Source of the DNA: Octopus sinensis
Taxonomy: Eukaryota
Direction of reading: 5' to 3'
Length of the DNA stretch: 64,000 nt
NCBI RefSeq assembly: GCF_006345805.1
Contig: NC_043007.1
Span: forward strand, 52,824,001 to 52,888,000
Shown here: piece after piece, positions 11,790 to 24,900 of the stretch
Layout of the letters: every line of letters begins with the position of its first letter
Position numbering within the stretch: position 1 is the stretch's first letter
Position numbers and translations under genes: made by a program
The notes under the pieces: model-generated
Told to the model about the DNA's origin: nothing
Database searches by the model: none
Seen by the model: the letters and a program-made list of their open reading frames with translations, nothing else

Positions 11790-14245
11790 ATTTCTCCTCT
11801 CTCTCTATGTCACTCTTTTGTGCTCCCTCTTTTACAGTACATCGCCAATCTCCATGGTTGCTGGCAATGGCTTCCCAGTTAGTAATATTGACGTTGCAGG
11901 CATTCATGTCCCTTTTGCAAACAGTCTTCCCACAGACCTAGTGCCCCTAGCAAGCTCTCTGTTGAGTATGTCCGTGGGGATTCTGCCATCTTCCATACGG
12001 CTAACATGTCCAAGCCATCTCATATGTCTTTGTGTGAGGAGTGCAAACATGCTTGGTATTCCTGCTTGCTTGAGGACATCCTTGTTGGAGACATGATTCT
12101 GCCATTTGATGCGAAGAATTTTCGGAGGCAGCGCAGGTGAAAGATATTTAGGCGACACTCTTGGCGTGTGTATGGACTCCAAGCCTCACTTCCATACAGT
12201 AGAGTGCTAAGTACACATGTCTGGTAAATCTTCATTTTTGTGGTCCTGGTCAGCTTATTGATGTTCCATGACCGTTTGGAGAGTTGGGCCATCACAGCAG
12301 CTGCCTTGCCAATGCGTATATTGAGGTCAGCATCAAGGGATAGGTTGTAGGTGATGGTAGAGTCAAGATAGGTAAACTTCTCCACCTCCTGTAGTCTGTG
12401 GTCTCCAATATGTATGTTTGGGATGTCCGAATGTAGCCTGACCCATGATGCTGGTCTTCTTGAGGCTGATAACTAAGCCAAAGTTGTTACATGCTTGCTG
12501 AAAAGAGTTGATGAGCCTTTGTAGGGCTTCTTCTGTGTGTGATACCAGAGAGGCATCATCAGCAAATAGCATCTTCTTGATCAGGACGCTTCTGATTTTG
12601 GTCTTGGCACTAGAGATTGAACAGTTTCCCATCACTTCTACTGTGCAGAAACACTCCATCATCTGATGTCTCAAAGACATGTGACAGCAGCAGCGAGAAG
12701 AAGATGCCAAATAATGTAGGAGCAAGGACACAACTCTGCTTTACCTTGTTTTTTATTTGGAAGCGGCTGATGTTGAACCATTGTGCTGTATGGTGCCTTG
12801 CATATCATCATGGAAAGATTTAATGATCCTCAGCAGCGTTGGTGGACATCCGATTTTTTGGAGCAGGATGAAGAGGGCTTTTCTACTTACCAAGTCAAAG
12901 GCCTTTGTCATATCAATGAAGGCCATATATAATGGCATTTTCTACTCTCTGGACTTCTCCTGAAGTTGGCGTGTGGAGAATATCATGTCAATAGTTGATC
13001 TGCTTCTTCTAAAGCCACACTGCGATTCTAGATAAATTCGAGAAGCAAGCAGTTGCAACTTGGACAGGATAATGCGAGCAAAGGCCTTTCCAACAGTGCT
13101 TAGAAGAGATATTCCACATTAATTGTTACAATCACCACGGTCAACTTTGTTTTTGTAAAGGGTAATGATGTTAGCATCCCACATATCCTGAGGGACTGTA
13201 CCTTCTTCCCAGCACTGACACAGAAGCTCATGAAATTGCCGAAGCAGGATGGTATTTTTGCCGGTTTTGATGATCTCTAAGAGGATGCCGTCTTTTCCCA
13301 GAGTCTTGTTACTTGCTAGGAAGTCAATAGCCTTGGTGAGCTCTGCTATAGATGGCAGACTGTCGAGTTTGCACATGACTGGCAAGATCTTGACACCCTC
13401 AATTGCAGTCTCAGCTACCGTGGTCTCCCGTGAGTAGAGATCCTGGTAGTACTCCACCCATCTATCCATTTGCTTGCTTTGGTCCTTGATGAGATCTCCA
13501 GTAGTTAATTTCAGAGGGGCTGACATGGTTACGGATGGTTGCTTTCTTCAAACTGGCATACATCCCATGGGTGTCGCCACTAACAGCAGCTGACTGGATA
13601 CTCTGACAGATTTCCTGCCAATACCTATTTGCACAGCGTCTGGCAGTCAGTTGGGTTTTATTTCTTGCCTTTCTGAGTTCTTCAAGTGACTTTGTAGAAG
13701 AATCACTCTTGTATTGCATTAGAGCTGCACACTTTGCTTCGATAACTGTTTCCAGCTCTGAGAGCCTAGCACTGAACCAATCTGATTTTTGCCTTTTTCT
13801 CATGTCGAAAGTATCTATTGATGTGGTATACAAAGCTTCCCTGATATAATTCCACCTACTTTCAGCAGAGGAGGTTGGGCAGCTACTGAGGGCAACCTTG
13901 ATAGAAACAGCAAAACATTTTTGCAGTGTAGGGTCCAAGGTTCTGGCAGTGTTAATGTGTGGTCGGCCTATTTTCTTGGAGTGATGGACTTTTTTAGGCA
14001 GAATCCTCACCCTGCTTCTTATTAGTGAATGATCTGTGTCACAATCCGCGCTGTGGTAACTACGGGTCAGTTGAACAGAATTCAGAAAGGATCTTCGTGT
14101 AATGATGAGATCCAGCTGATGCCAGTGGTGAGATCTTGGATGTCTCCAAAATGCCTTGTGGGATGTCTTGTTGGCAAAGAGTGTGTTAGAGATGTACATG
14201 TTATGGTATGTGCAAAATTCGAGTAGTCTCTGACCATTGTCATTC
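11790..14245 (-). mobile_element. RTE-BovB-like LINE, 5'-truncated, multiply frameshifted
   Basis: EN C-terminus (NDNGQRLLEFC, HWHQLDLIITR, DCDTDHSL), RT (AFIDMTKAFDLVSR, LFADDASL) and C-terminal RWLGHVSRMEDGRIP. Confidence 0.92.
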
Positions 14246-14499
14246 ATCATCATCATCATCATCATCGTTTAACGTTGCTAATACCAAAACACATACACTT
14301 ACATATATACATATATATACGATTGATGTTTCAGTTCCTCTCTACAAAATCCATATATATATATATATATACTTTCAGCAAAATTTATATTCAAATGAAT
14401 GTGGTACTTAAATTAGATGCACCAGAATTTTGTACGGTGTTATCCATATAAATCCATGGGGTGATTATAATCAAAATAAGCAACAAGAATATCTTCGGT

Positions 14500-14590
14500 A
14501 ATTTAGTATGATCGTTTCATGCTACATCATTTTATTAAATATTGTAAGTATTACAACAGTTTTAAAATGTTGAGCAATCATCACCCATTT
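14500..14590 (-). ncRNA. Decayed hammerhead-like motif (homolog of 35459-35549)
   Basis: Minus strand: aaatgg GTGATGA ttgct...agcat GAAA cgatca TA ctaaatt; C3 mutated and stems partly broken. Confidence 0.5.
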
Positions 14591-14612
14591 ATAGAGGTTT
14601 TCCATCAATACA

Positions 14613-17215
14613 TATACTTATAGGGCTATTAGAGAAAAGAGACAGGCTTGGAAGGACTGGAAAAATGGGGGTAGCAAGGAATTGTATCAGACTGCCAAAA
14701 GAGAAGCTAGGAGACAGGTTTATTTAGCCAGAGGGGAAGCAGATAACAAACAATTTGCCAATGTTCTGCGCCGTGAGGACCAAAGACTTGAGGTATTTCG
14801 CGTTGCAAGACAGTGTGTGAGAGAGAATCGTGATGTGGTAGGAGAGAAATGTGTTTGCATGGATGATGGTTCACTTGCGCTAAATGAGGATGCAAAGAGA
14901 GAGGTGTGGAGACGCCACTATGAAAGGTTGCTGAATGAAGAAAATGAATGGGATAAAGAGAGTCTGCCAAATGTCGACCCAATAGAGGGACCAGCTATCC
15001 GAGTTGACAGTTCCTTGGTAATTGAGGCAATTAGAAGCATGAAGACAGGGAAAGCCCCAGGCCCATCAGGAATTACTGCAGAGATGCTCAAAATATCTGG
15101 TAGTGTCGGCTATAGCCTAGTCACCCGTATAGTTAACCAGGTAATACACGAAGGAGTCATACCCAATGACTGGTGTAGCAGCATAATAGTCAACTGCTAC
15201 AAAGGTAAAGGTGACACCCTAGATACAAATAATTACAGAGGTATCAAGCTGTTGGATCAGGTAATGGAGGTTACGGAGAGGGTCATAGCCCAACTAATTA
15301 GAGACAGAGTTAGTTTAGATGAGATGCAGTTTGGATTTGTGCCAGGGAAAAGCACCACTGATGCCATATTCCTGGTAAGACAGCTGCAGGAGAAATATCT
15401 AGCCTAAGGTAAGCCCCCTGTACTTAGCTTTTGTTGACATGGAGAAAGCATTCGACAGGGTCCTCTGATCCCTTATCTGGTGGTCAATGAAGAAACTAGG
15501 GATAGATGAATGGTTAGTGAGAGCTGTGCAAGCCATGTACAGGGACGCTGCTAGTAAGGTGAGGGTTGGCCACGAGTACAGTGAAGAATTCCGGGTAGAG
15601 GTAGGGGTCCACCAGGGTTCAGCCCTCAGCCCCCTCCTATTTATCGTAGTCCTCCAGGCAATAACGGAGGAATTCAAGACAGGATGCCCCTGGGAGCTCC
15701 TCTATGCTGATGACCTTGCTCTAATTGCTGAGTCACTATCAGAACTGGAGGAGAAGTTTCAGGTGTGGAAACAAGGATTAGAATCGAAGGGCCTTAGAGT
15801 CAACCTAGCTAAAACCAAAGTCCTAATAAGTAGGAAGGTAGACAAGTCACAAATGCCTTCAGGTAGATGGCCTTGCTCGATCTGTAGGAAAGGTGTAGGT
15901 AGAAACTCTATAAGATGCACCAAGTGTAAGCTATGGACACACAAGAGGTGCAGCAACGTCAAGGGAAGGCTAACTAGGAAGATAGTTTTTGTATGTGGCA
16001 GATGCTCAGGAGCAATAAACACTGAAAATGCTCTGAGACCAACTTCCGTCACTTTCCAGGGAGAAAAACTAGAAATAGTTGATAGCTTCCGTTACCTAGG
16101 TGACCAAGTCAGTAGCGGGGGCGGGTGTGTTGAAAGTGTAACTGCTAGAGTAAGAATAGCTTGGGCAAAGTTCAGAGAGCTCTTACCTCTGCTAGGGACA
16201 AAAAGCCTCTCGCTCAGAGTAAAAGGTAAACTGTATGATACTTGTGTACGAACAGCCATGCTACATGGCAGTGAAACATGGGCCGTGACTGCTGAGGATA
16301 TGCGTAAGCTCGCAAGAAATGAAGCCAGTATGCTCCGATGGATATGTAATGTCAGTGTTCATACTTGACAGAGCGTAAGTACCTTGAGAGAGAAGTTGGA
16401 CCTAAGAAGCATCAGTTGCGGTGCACAAGAGAGACGTTTGCGCTGGTATGGCCATGTGGCGAGAATGGATGAAGATAGTTGTGTGAAAAAGTGCCACACC
16501 CTAGCTGTTGAGGGCATCTGTGGAAGAGGCAGACCCAGGAAAACCTGGGATGAGGTGGTGAAGCATGACCTTCAAACTTTAGGTCTCACTGAGGAAATGA
16601 CTAGAGACTGAGACCTTTGGAAGTATGCTGTGCATGAGAAGACCCGGCAGGACAAGTGACACCATCACCCATGACCTCAGTCCACTTATGCATACCTTTC
16701 CTTCTTGGGACACAAAACCCTACTTGTGAAGACCTGTTGAGGCAAGTGAAAATCAAAAAAAAAAAAATCAAAAAATCAAAAATGGAAAAAAATCAAAAAT
16801 CAAAAATCAAAATTGATCAACATGAATGGAAATTGTCGCTGTGATATCAGTGCTGGTGGCACATAAAAGAACCATCCGAACGTGGCTGTTGCCAGTGTCG
16901 CCCTAACTGGCTTCCGTGCCGGTGGCACGTAAAAAGCACCATCCGATCGTTGCCGTTGCCAGCCTCACCTGGCCTCCGTGCCGGTGGCATGTAAAAAGCA
17001 CCATCCGACCGTGGCCGTTTGCCAGACTTGTCTGGCACCTGTGCAGGTGGCACGTAAAAAGCACCCACTACACTCATGGAGTGGTTGGCATTAGGAAGGG
17101 CATCCAGCCGTAGAAACATTGCCAGATCAGACTGGGCCTGGACCCCAGTTGCACCGTCCAACCCATGCCAGCATGGAAAGCGGACACTAAACGATGATGA
17201 TGATGATGATGATGA
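14613..17215 (+). mobile_element. RTE-clade LINE, 5'-truncated, with premature stops, PHD-like insert and (GAT)n tail
   Basis: RT motifs NYRGIKLL, QFGFVPGKSTTDAIF, GVHQGSALSP, LYADDL; C-terminus RLRWYGHVARM...GRPRKTW; 3' UTR with about 60-bp repeats, ending gcatggaaagcggacactaaac(gat)n. Confidence 0.93.
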
Positions 17216-17935
17216 TTTTCATGTTAATTGATAACATTATAAAGAGGGTAGATATATAGACAGAGATGTTGATTTGAATGTTAAGAACATTAAGGTATTA
17301 GAATTTATCTTCTGACTGAAGAATATTCTTTAAGTTATTTTGAACTGCTAGAAAGTGGGGAGGGATATTCTGTTGAATGGAGACAAAAGAGATTTTCTAT
17401 TTATAGAAGTAGGTGTCAGAAGTTATTCCTAAAGAAATTAAAGTGGAAAGAGGATTATATTGTCTTAGAGGCCGTTTACTCCTATTTGGCAATTAGATAT
17501 TGTATCAAGAAAACTAGGTCAATGGTAAATGGTCACAATGACCAACCATATACTAAATAGTTATAGAAAATACAGAGATTCCTTTACACTTATACAAATA
17601 TGCATCCTCTTTAATCTATAAGATTATACTTGGCTAGTAGGTGTTGATTATTTTAATAAGTTGGATTAAAAGAGAATTATAAATCTATTTATTAATTTTG
17701 GAGAAAAAAACCTATCATTTATTATGAGTAGGCATAATATTCAATAACTGTGGACAAAAGTCTTATTAATTAAGTGAATATATTAGGGGTCAATTATATA
17801 TATATTAGAAACAGTGGAAGAGTCATTTTCTTAGGTTTAGTAGATGGTGATTCATTTTTAGGAAGAGAAGTAATCAAGAAGAGTAAATTTCTTAGATTTA
17901 GTAGATGGTGATTTGTTATTAATGAATTAAATTAA

Positions 17936-19354
17936 CCCTTTCGCTACTAACCCGGCCGAAAAATGTTTTGGTTTATAAGACCAACCCGGCCGTTAGAACC
18001 TGTTGTTATTTAAATGTAAATTTGAACCCAAATCTCGTTGGTACATTCGTTAAAGCATGCGATTTCACTTTGTAAATAGTTGGCTTATAGTATCCGACAT
18101 TCCTTGACGTGATATCTCAACTCAGTGAATTTTGGGAGATTTTTTTCCACATTTTTTTCGGCATCGATTTTTCTTCAATTTTGAAAATGGATAGGAGTTT
18201 CATGTTATCAAGCATTGATTCCAAATTTAAAGCTTTTCCAACGGAAAATAGGGAGATATCGAGAAAAAGAATGCATGAGGTCTTAAAGCACGTGGTGTAC
18301 AAAATAATGAATAGGATTTTTTTTATCCGAAAATGAAAGCGATTCTGAAGGAACAAATCGGCGATGGCGACAGCAAAGACGATTTTACATAGGAAAAAAG
18401 TAAAAAAACTTTAAAAATGTTTTTATTAGCAATTTTTCTGAGGAGATAAAGTTTATCTATAGCCTTTCTTAGGAAGTGAAACCATTAGACTTTTATTTTT
18501 TTCAGTATGCTAGTTTGAAGCGATCACTTCCAAAACAAATTTACGCAGATTGTAAACAAACACAAAATGGGGGTTCAAAGTTTGGAAAATTTGTGAAGCA
18601 AAATACTGGGTACTGCTGTGGATTTAGTTTTTATACAGGAAAACTAATGTTAGCCAGCATGGCTTAGGGTACGATGTGGTCTGGGAGTTATTGTTTGAAG
18701 CGATCAATGTGGAAACAAACTTACGCAGAATGTAAACAAACACAAAATGGTGGTTCAAATTTCGGAAAATTTGTGAAGCAAATACGGGGTACTGAGTGGA
18801 TTTAGTTTTTATACAGGGAAAATAATGTTAGTCAGCATGGCCTAGGGAATGATGTGGTCTGGAATTTATCACTTCCATACCATAAATAGGGTCGTATATT
18901 ATTTTTTGACCGATTTCTTTAGTTCGGTCAAACTTGCGGTGGATTCCAGTATTTCACTTTATTCCACCTTTATGGTACACCTGTTGTGCATTAAATCCAA
19001 CTGATGATATAGTGATGTGCATAATTCTTCTTTATCAAAATTTTGTTGCATACCCGACTGAATATTAGCTGATGATTCATTTTCTATGGTGATGTTTAAA
19101 CAAAATTTTAATATTTTTACCTTTTGCTCAATTTACCTGGATTTACCTGTAATTAAAGTCACTTTGAGACAAAAGTTATGCAATAGAATTGATTAAGAAC
19201 CCTTTCTTTAATTATGTTCCAAGTATCACTTTAATATGTTGATAAGTAAAAAAGTTACAGTTATTTAATGAAACAAGCCTAAATTCATGATTATTTTAGA
19301 ATTTAATTGAAACTCATGAGGGGTATATTCTGGTCAGAAATAGTAACGAAAGGG
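17936..19354 (+). mobile_element. Non-autonomous piggyBac-type element
   Basis: TTAA|CCCTTTCG...CGAAAGGG|TAAG termini; about 180-bp internal tandem duplication near 18510-18870; homologous to 60293-62163. Confidence 0.85.
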
Positions 19355-20103
19355 TAAGAATCTGTTAGACATAATGTTTATTACCCGCGGAGAAAAAACT
19401 AATCAGTTAGGTAAAAATATTTGGGGTCAATTATATATTAAAAAATGGAAGTGAGGTAATCAAGATGAACTGGGTAGTTTCCTTAGAGGCAGAATATTTT
19501 TCTATTTAATATAGGAGATTATCAGAAAAAAAAAAAAAGAATTTAATTCTAAATATGCAATGAAGTTTTTTAGTAATCTGTTGAATAAAAGCTAGTATGG
19601 TATATTCATTCTTACTTAGTTATAAAGAATTAGAATTTGAAAATTTAGGAATGGTCACAATATTATTATTTAAAATATTTAAACATATGGGTTGCGCGAT
19701 GTATGCAAGATACTCCTAGTTCAGAACGGTTATTTAACAAATTTGTATTATTCCTATGTTTTAAATTTTCATATGTTTCCATAGAACAAAGTTCACAACC
19801 ATCTCGGCTATTTTTATAAGGCCATGCTCTCCTTACTATATACCATTTCAGGTTAAATTCTATATTATTTCTTTTCAGTTCCCAAATTTTACTGGACAAT
19901 GTTGTGCAACCTGCCTTATGTTTAAGCCTAAAGGAGGAAAAATGAATGTTTAAACATTTTTTTAGATCCACCGAACAACTGAAATAAAGATAGCTATTAT
20001 TTGAAGTCATTATTGTACATTATTGGACCAGACAGCGGCCAGATACCAGACATTTCAATCTAATTCTGCAATTACAACTGAAGGGATAATTCATGGTATT
20101 AGT

Positions 20104-20503
20104 ATTATTTACTCTTTACTCTTTTACTTGTTTCAGTCATTTGACTGCGGCCATGCTGGAGCACCACCTTTAGTCGAACAAATCGACCCCGGGACTTATT
20201 CTTTGTAAGCCCAGTACTTATTCTATCGGTCTCTTTTGCCGAACCGCTAAGTGACGGGGACGTAAACACACCAGCATCGGTTGTCAAGCAATGCTAGGTA
20301 GACAAACGCAAACGCACACACACATATATATATATATATATATACGACAGGCTTCTTTCAGTTTCCGTCTACCAAATCCACTCACAAGGCATTGGTCGGC
20401 CCGGGGCTATAGCAGAAGACATTTGCCCAAGATGCCACGCAGTGGGACTGAACCCAGAACCATGTGGTTGGTTAGCAAGCTACTTACCACACAGCCACTC
20501 CTG
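20104..20503 (-). mobile_element. tRNA-derived SINE (family 1), near full length
   Basis: tRNA-like head (gtggctgtgtggtaag...ggttcagtcccactgc), core, internal (TA)/(CA) microsatellite and (aagagt)n tail; sits between the Penelope linker and EN. Confidence 0.9.
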
Positions 20504-21449
20504 GATTTACGGACAATCCATTTTCATTTTCGTTACTAGAGCTATTATTAGTATTAGTGTTATTTCCCCAAACAGTAGTTATATTGTTATGTAAATTGGG
20601 GTTACTAGTTATTAACCCATTTTCACTACCCTCACATACCACATCTTTATTTTTATTATCTATATTATTGATGTTGTCATTATCACTATTTAAATTAACG
20701 TTGTCGTCGTCATCATCATCATCATCATCATTATTATTACCATTATTATTGTTGCTACTATTTATTCTATCTCTAGCTAACTTTGTATTTTTACTATTAA
20801 GTCTAGCTATTATGGTACCCATATCTGGAAGAGTAGAGTATGATATTCTTACTGAGTTATTAGAAATTATTTTATAATATTTATGGGAAGCAGGGAAGTT
20901 TTTTTCTAGTATAGTCATAAATCTACCGTATATATTCGTAGAGATCGCACAGTTGAAGGGGATATTTAACTATATAACATATTTTCTTTTGCATTTTTTA
21001 TTTGAGTAAGGGTGGGGAAAGATTAATGATATCTATATTCTTACGAGATTCATTATTTATTTTAGTCTTCTATTTATGTTTATTAGGTTTTTATTTAGTG
21101 GGAGAGATTTTAAAATTATTATTTACATTTATTTTATCTGGTTTAACATTTTAATATTTATTTGTGATCTGTTTACTATTTTCATTCATTTTATTAAGTT
21201 TATATACCAAGTTCCTTTCTTCAATTGATTTATGTTTATTTAAAGTATAAGATTCTATATTACTTGAGCTATTTTCATTCATTTCATCGTTTAAGAGATT
21301 TATGTTATCAAGATCCAGGAAGGTGATTTCCTGGTCATATCCAGCTCTAGATAATGCAACATTATAATGACGTGAGTGAGAGTCAAAAGTTTCATTATTC
21401 GATAATTTGTGAAAAGTATTTCTCAAAGAATTTCAAAATTATCATGTTT

Positions 21450-21645
21450 TGGAACCAAGTTTGTTACCACACAGCCACACCTGCACCTATGTGTGTGTGT
21501 GTATGTATGTGTGTATATGTATGCATATATATATGTGTACATATTACATGTACATCTATATATATATATATATATACACCTAGACATACATGTATATCTA
21601 TAGAAATACATGTATACATATACAGCTATATATATACATGTGTAC

Positions 21646-21708
<63 letters not shown>

Positions 21709-21966
21709 TGTATATATACATATATGTATATACATACATATACATACAATAGAGAGATGTTTTTGTTTCACTTTTAACACGTAAGACTGAAATAGGGGAA
21801 AAAATATGATATGGCTGTCGGCTCGCTTTAGGCAAGAAGTTGACATGACACTCTATGGACCCTAAGTAAGGCATGTGTAAAATTTGAATGAAATTGGTTG
21901 TGTAGTTCTCAAGTTTTAGGAATTCACACAGACAGACAGACACACATTCTCAGTTTTATATATATA
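21450..21966 (-). mobile_element. Helitron 5' module (type F) with SINE-head and microsatellite cargo
   Basis: Minus strand begins tatatataaaactgagaatgtgtgtctgtctg; also at 26190, 35303 and, on the + strand, 43812. Confidence 0.65.
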
Positions 21967-24900
21967 CTAGCAGAGATACCCGGCATTGCCCGGTTACATC
22001 CAATTGAAGAATTAAACTTTTCTGTTATATATATATATATGGATACACACACATATGTATATTAATATAAATACATGAAAGTACATGAAGTTTGTTAAAA
22101 AAAAGGGGATCATGTATATACCTCCTGGCTGTTGAGATTATAACACCTCGTAAACAATGTTCCTTGTTTTTCCTAGTGGAGTATATACAAAAAGGTTTCT
22201 TTTGGTTTCTACTCTTGAGCAGCCAACATACAGTTGCCCATGCGAGAAGCATGGCTCTTCCAAGAGAAGACCAGCTACAGAGAGGGTTTGACCCTGAGAT
22301 TTGTTAATGGACATGGCAAAGCTGACACGAAGGGGGAATTGCAGTCTTCTGAATGTAAATGGAATTTCTGCTCCTGATGGAGTAAGAGGAATTCTTGGAA
22401 TAAAGACGTCATCACATTTTCCACATGCAGAAAGGATGATCGCCTCGATAACGTGTGACATCATTTTCTTTATCACCAGTCGTGTTCCATTGCAAAGTCT
22501 TGGTGGTTCCAGATTGTGGAATAGCATTACAGAAGTTCCAACTTCAAGTGTTAATATGTGAGGAGGTAGTCAAGGAGGCTCCAGTGAATTGAGAAATTCA
22601 GGAGGATAGTTCACAACTTCATTTATATTTGGAATTGTATCAACAGACTTGTAAGAGTGTATAGTGCCGGGAAGAGAATGCATTAGCTGTTGATTAATTT
22701 TGTTAACAGCGACGTTTTTTGGAGCTAATATTGCTCTTTCACACAGTCAATTGTGATTTTGGTAGTTTTGTGTGAAGTTGGGAAAGACTTTGTTTTTGAG
22801 GTATCTACAGAATTAACAACAGAGGAAAATGACCACACTTCCATTTGTCCTGCAGCATCGAGAGACATCTTGCCTTCACCAAGTGTCAAAATGTCCTGTG
22901 CCAACTTTGTGGACATTTTGTCGCCGTGTAGCTGAGCTCTCAGGTTAGTGGTGAGACTGAGGATTGTAACATGATGCCACAGGGTAGAGGACTTTAGGCA
23001 TGCTTGGACTTCATCTGCTCTAGTGCCTTTTGGAATGACAGGAAGAGTTTGCCTGAAATCACCTGACAACAGAAGCGTTACACCTCTCATTGGAGCCTGA
23101 CAGTCTTGGATGTCTTTCAGGGCTCTATCTAATGCTTCCAAAGCTCCCTTGTGAGTCATAGTGCACTCATCCCAGACAATTAGATGACACATTTTAAGTA
23201 CTTGTCCCTGATCTGAGCTTTTGTTGATGTTGCATGAAGGCATTTCAGATGCTGCTAAATTGAGAGGGAGTTTAAAAGTTGAGTGTGCTGTCCTGCAACC
23301 AGGTAACAAAGTAGCTGCAATGCCAGAGGAGGCTACAGCTACTGCAATGTCCTGATGCTGCCTAACTTCTGCAAGGAGAAGCTTTGTAATAAATGTTTTT
23401 CCTGTCCCTCCAGGAGCATCAAGGAAGAAGATTTGTCCCTCGCGTTGGCGTACACTGTTAAGAATAGTTCTGTAGGCCTGCAGCTGGTCCGGAAGTAATT
23501 TAGGCTCATTTTCAACAATGTACTTTGAAAGCGCTTGAGTGTCGTAGGTTGTTTCACGAATGACAGCAGTGGGAAGGCTATTTGACCCTGACCTGAATGC
23601 TTGTGGCAGGCCATACGTCGACAATTCATTTCCACCCAGTTTAGCAATTCTGTCTTCAATGTCAATGAGTGTTTTGTTATAGATTTCATTGCTGATACCC
23701 TCCATGTCAGGATAGAGCAGTTGAGCTTGGCGCTGAAAGTCTTCAGCCAGGTTGTCTCTATATTTGAGCCTTAGAGTGGCCGGATCACACAGTTCGCATG
23801 CCTGTAGTAATACTGCAAATAGTGCTCTGAGACTTTTAGGTGATTGTGATAAAGCAGCGTCTCCTAAAGTTGCATCCCACTGTGCACCATCTTCTAACAG
23901 ACCTTGTCAATAGCAGCCTTCTCTGTATGTTGTGCAGACATGTCCATGAATGGTTTTTAGGGCCTGGAAAGACGTTGGCCCTCTGACCTCATGCAGTAGT
24001 AGACGAAGGTAGAAGCACTTTTGTTGAGTGGGATGCACTGTGTAAAGGCAAGTGTGAAACTTAATGCCAGGGTATCCATGAACATTTTGACCTGCTTTCC
24101 GTGGGCCCATTTTTTTCCACTCCAAGTGTAGTACGACGGAATCTGTGGATGTGGATACAGCAAGGTTTGAGAGAATGGATCCACTTGACAAAGCTTGAAG
24201 AATGCAGTGAGTGTGCTATCCCTTAGTTCCTCTGCCAACAGAGAAGCATTAGCATCGGTGAAGTACACTCTTTGACCATTTTCCAGGTGCACTGCAAGCT
24301 GTTGAATGGTGGGGTGTCGTTGGTGAATTGGAAAGCCAAAGATGCACCAGAAAGCCTTGCTGCTACTTATGTACCATCCCACCTGATAATGCGCCACCAC
24401 ATCCTGGCAGTATTCTTGTTGAAGTCCAAACATTGCAGCGTCAGAACCCTTGTTTACATATTTGCAAACGTACCTGATGGATTTAACGGAGTTGCAAAAC
24501 TCAATGTTGCTGTGGGCATTGAAAGTCTTTGACAGGTGTGGGCAGTATGGAACAATCCATCTATTATCAATATCGTGCTGTCCGATAGTTGCTGTGAAAT
24601 CTCTGTCTTCTGGTTTTCTGCGTCTGTATGATGGATATCTATCAGCACCTGTCTGAGTTTCTAGTAGGAAGCTCCTTGGAAATGTTTTTGAACATATGCT
24701 GTCCTTCAAGCATGGTGTGTTTGTGTTGAATCCACGCCTACATGGACCATGTACCATGTTTGCTTTAACTATTTCGTATAGTTCTTTGTTTAAAGCTGGA
24801 TCAGGAAGTTCTGCAGAGATTATCTTGTCGATGTCATTGGAATTGATCTTCGCTGAGAGCCAAAGCAGGATATGAGCATGTGGAAGGCTCCTTTTTAGCT

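Larger units (their letters stand above)
14370..21440 (-). mobile_element. 5'-truncated Penelope-like element (RT end, linker, GIY-YIG, long 3' region) split by SINE, piggyBac and RTE insertions
   Basis: ORFs 21151-21426 (RT end), 20484-20918 (ISYSTLPDM linker), CNCR...C and 19666-20010 (EN, CELC..E, SCIH). 14370-14612, 17216-17931 and 19355-19850 together are collinear with the uninterrupted block 35330-36935. Confidence 0.85.

Noticed and set aside
20440-20503. tRNA-like sequence with a B box (also at about 4290, 25190 and 48870)
   Set aside because: SINE heads followed by SINE core; no complete cloverleaf, so not tRNA genes.
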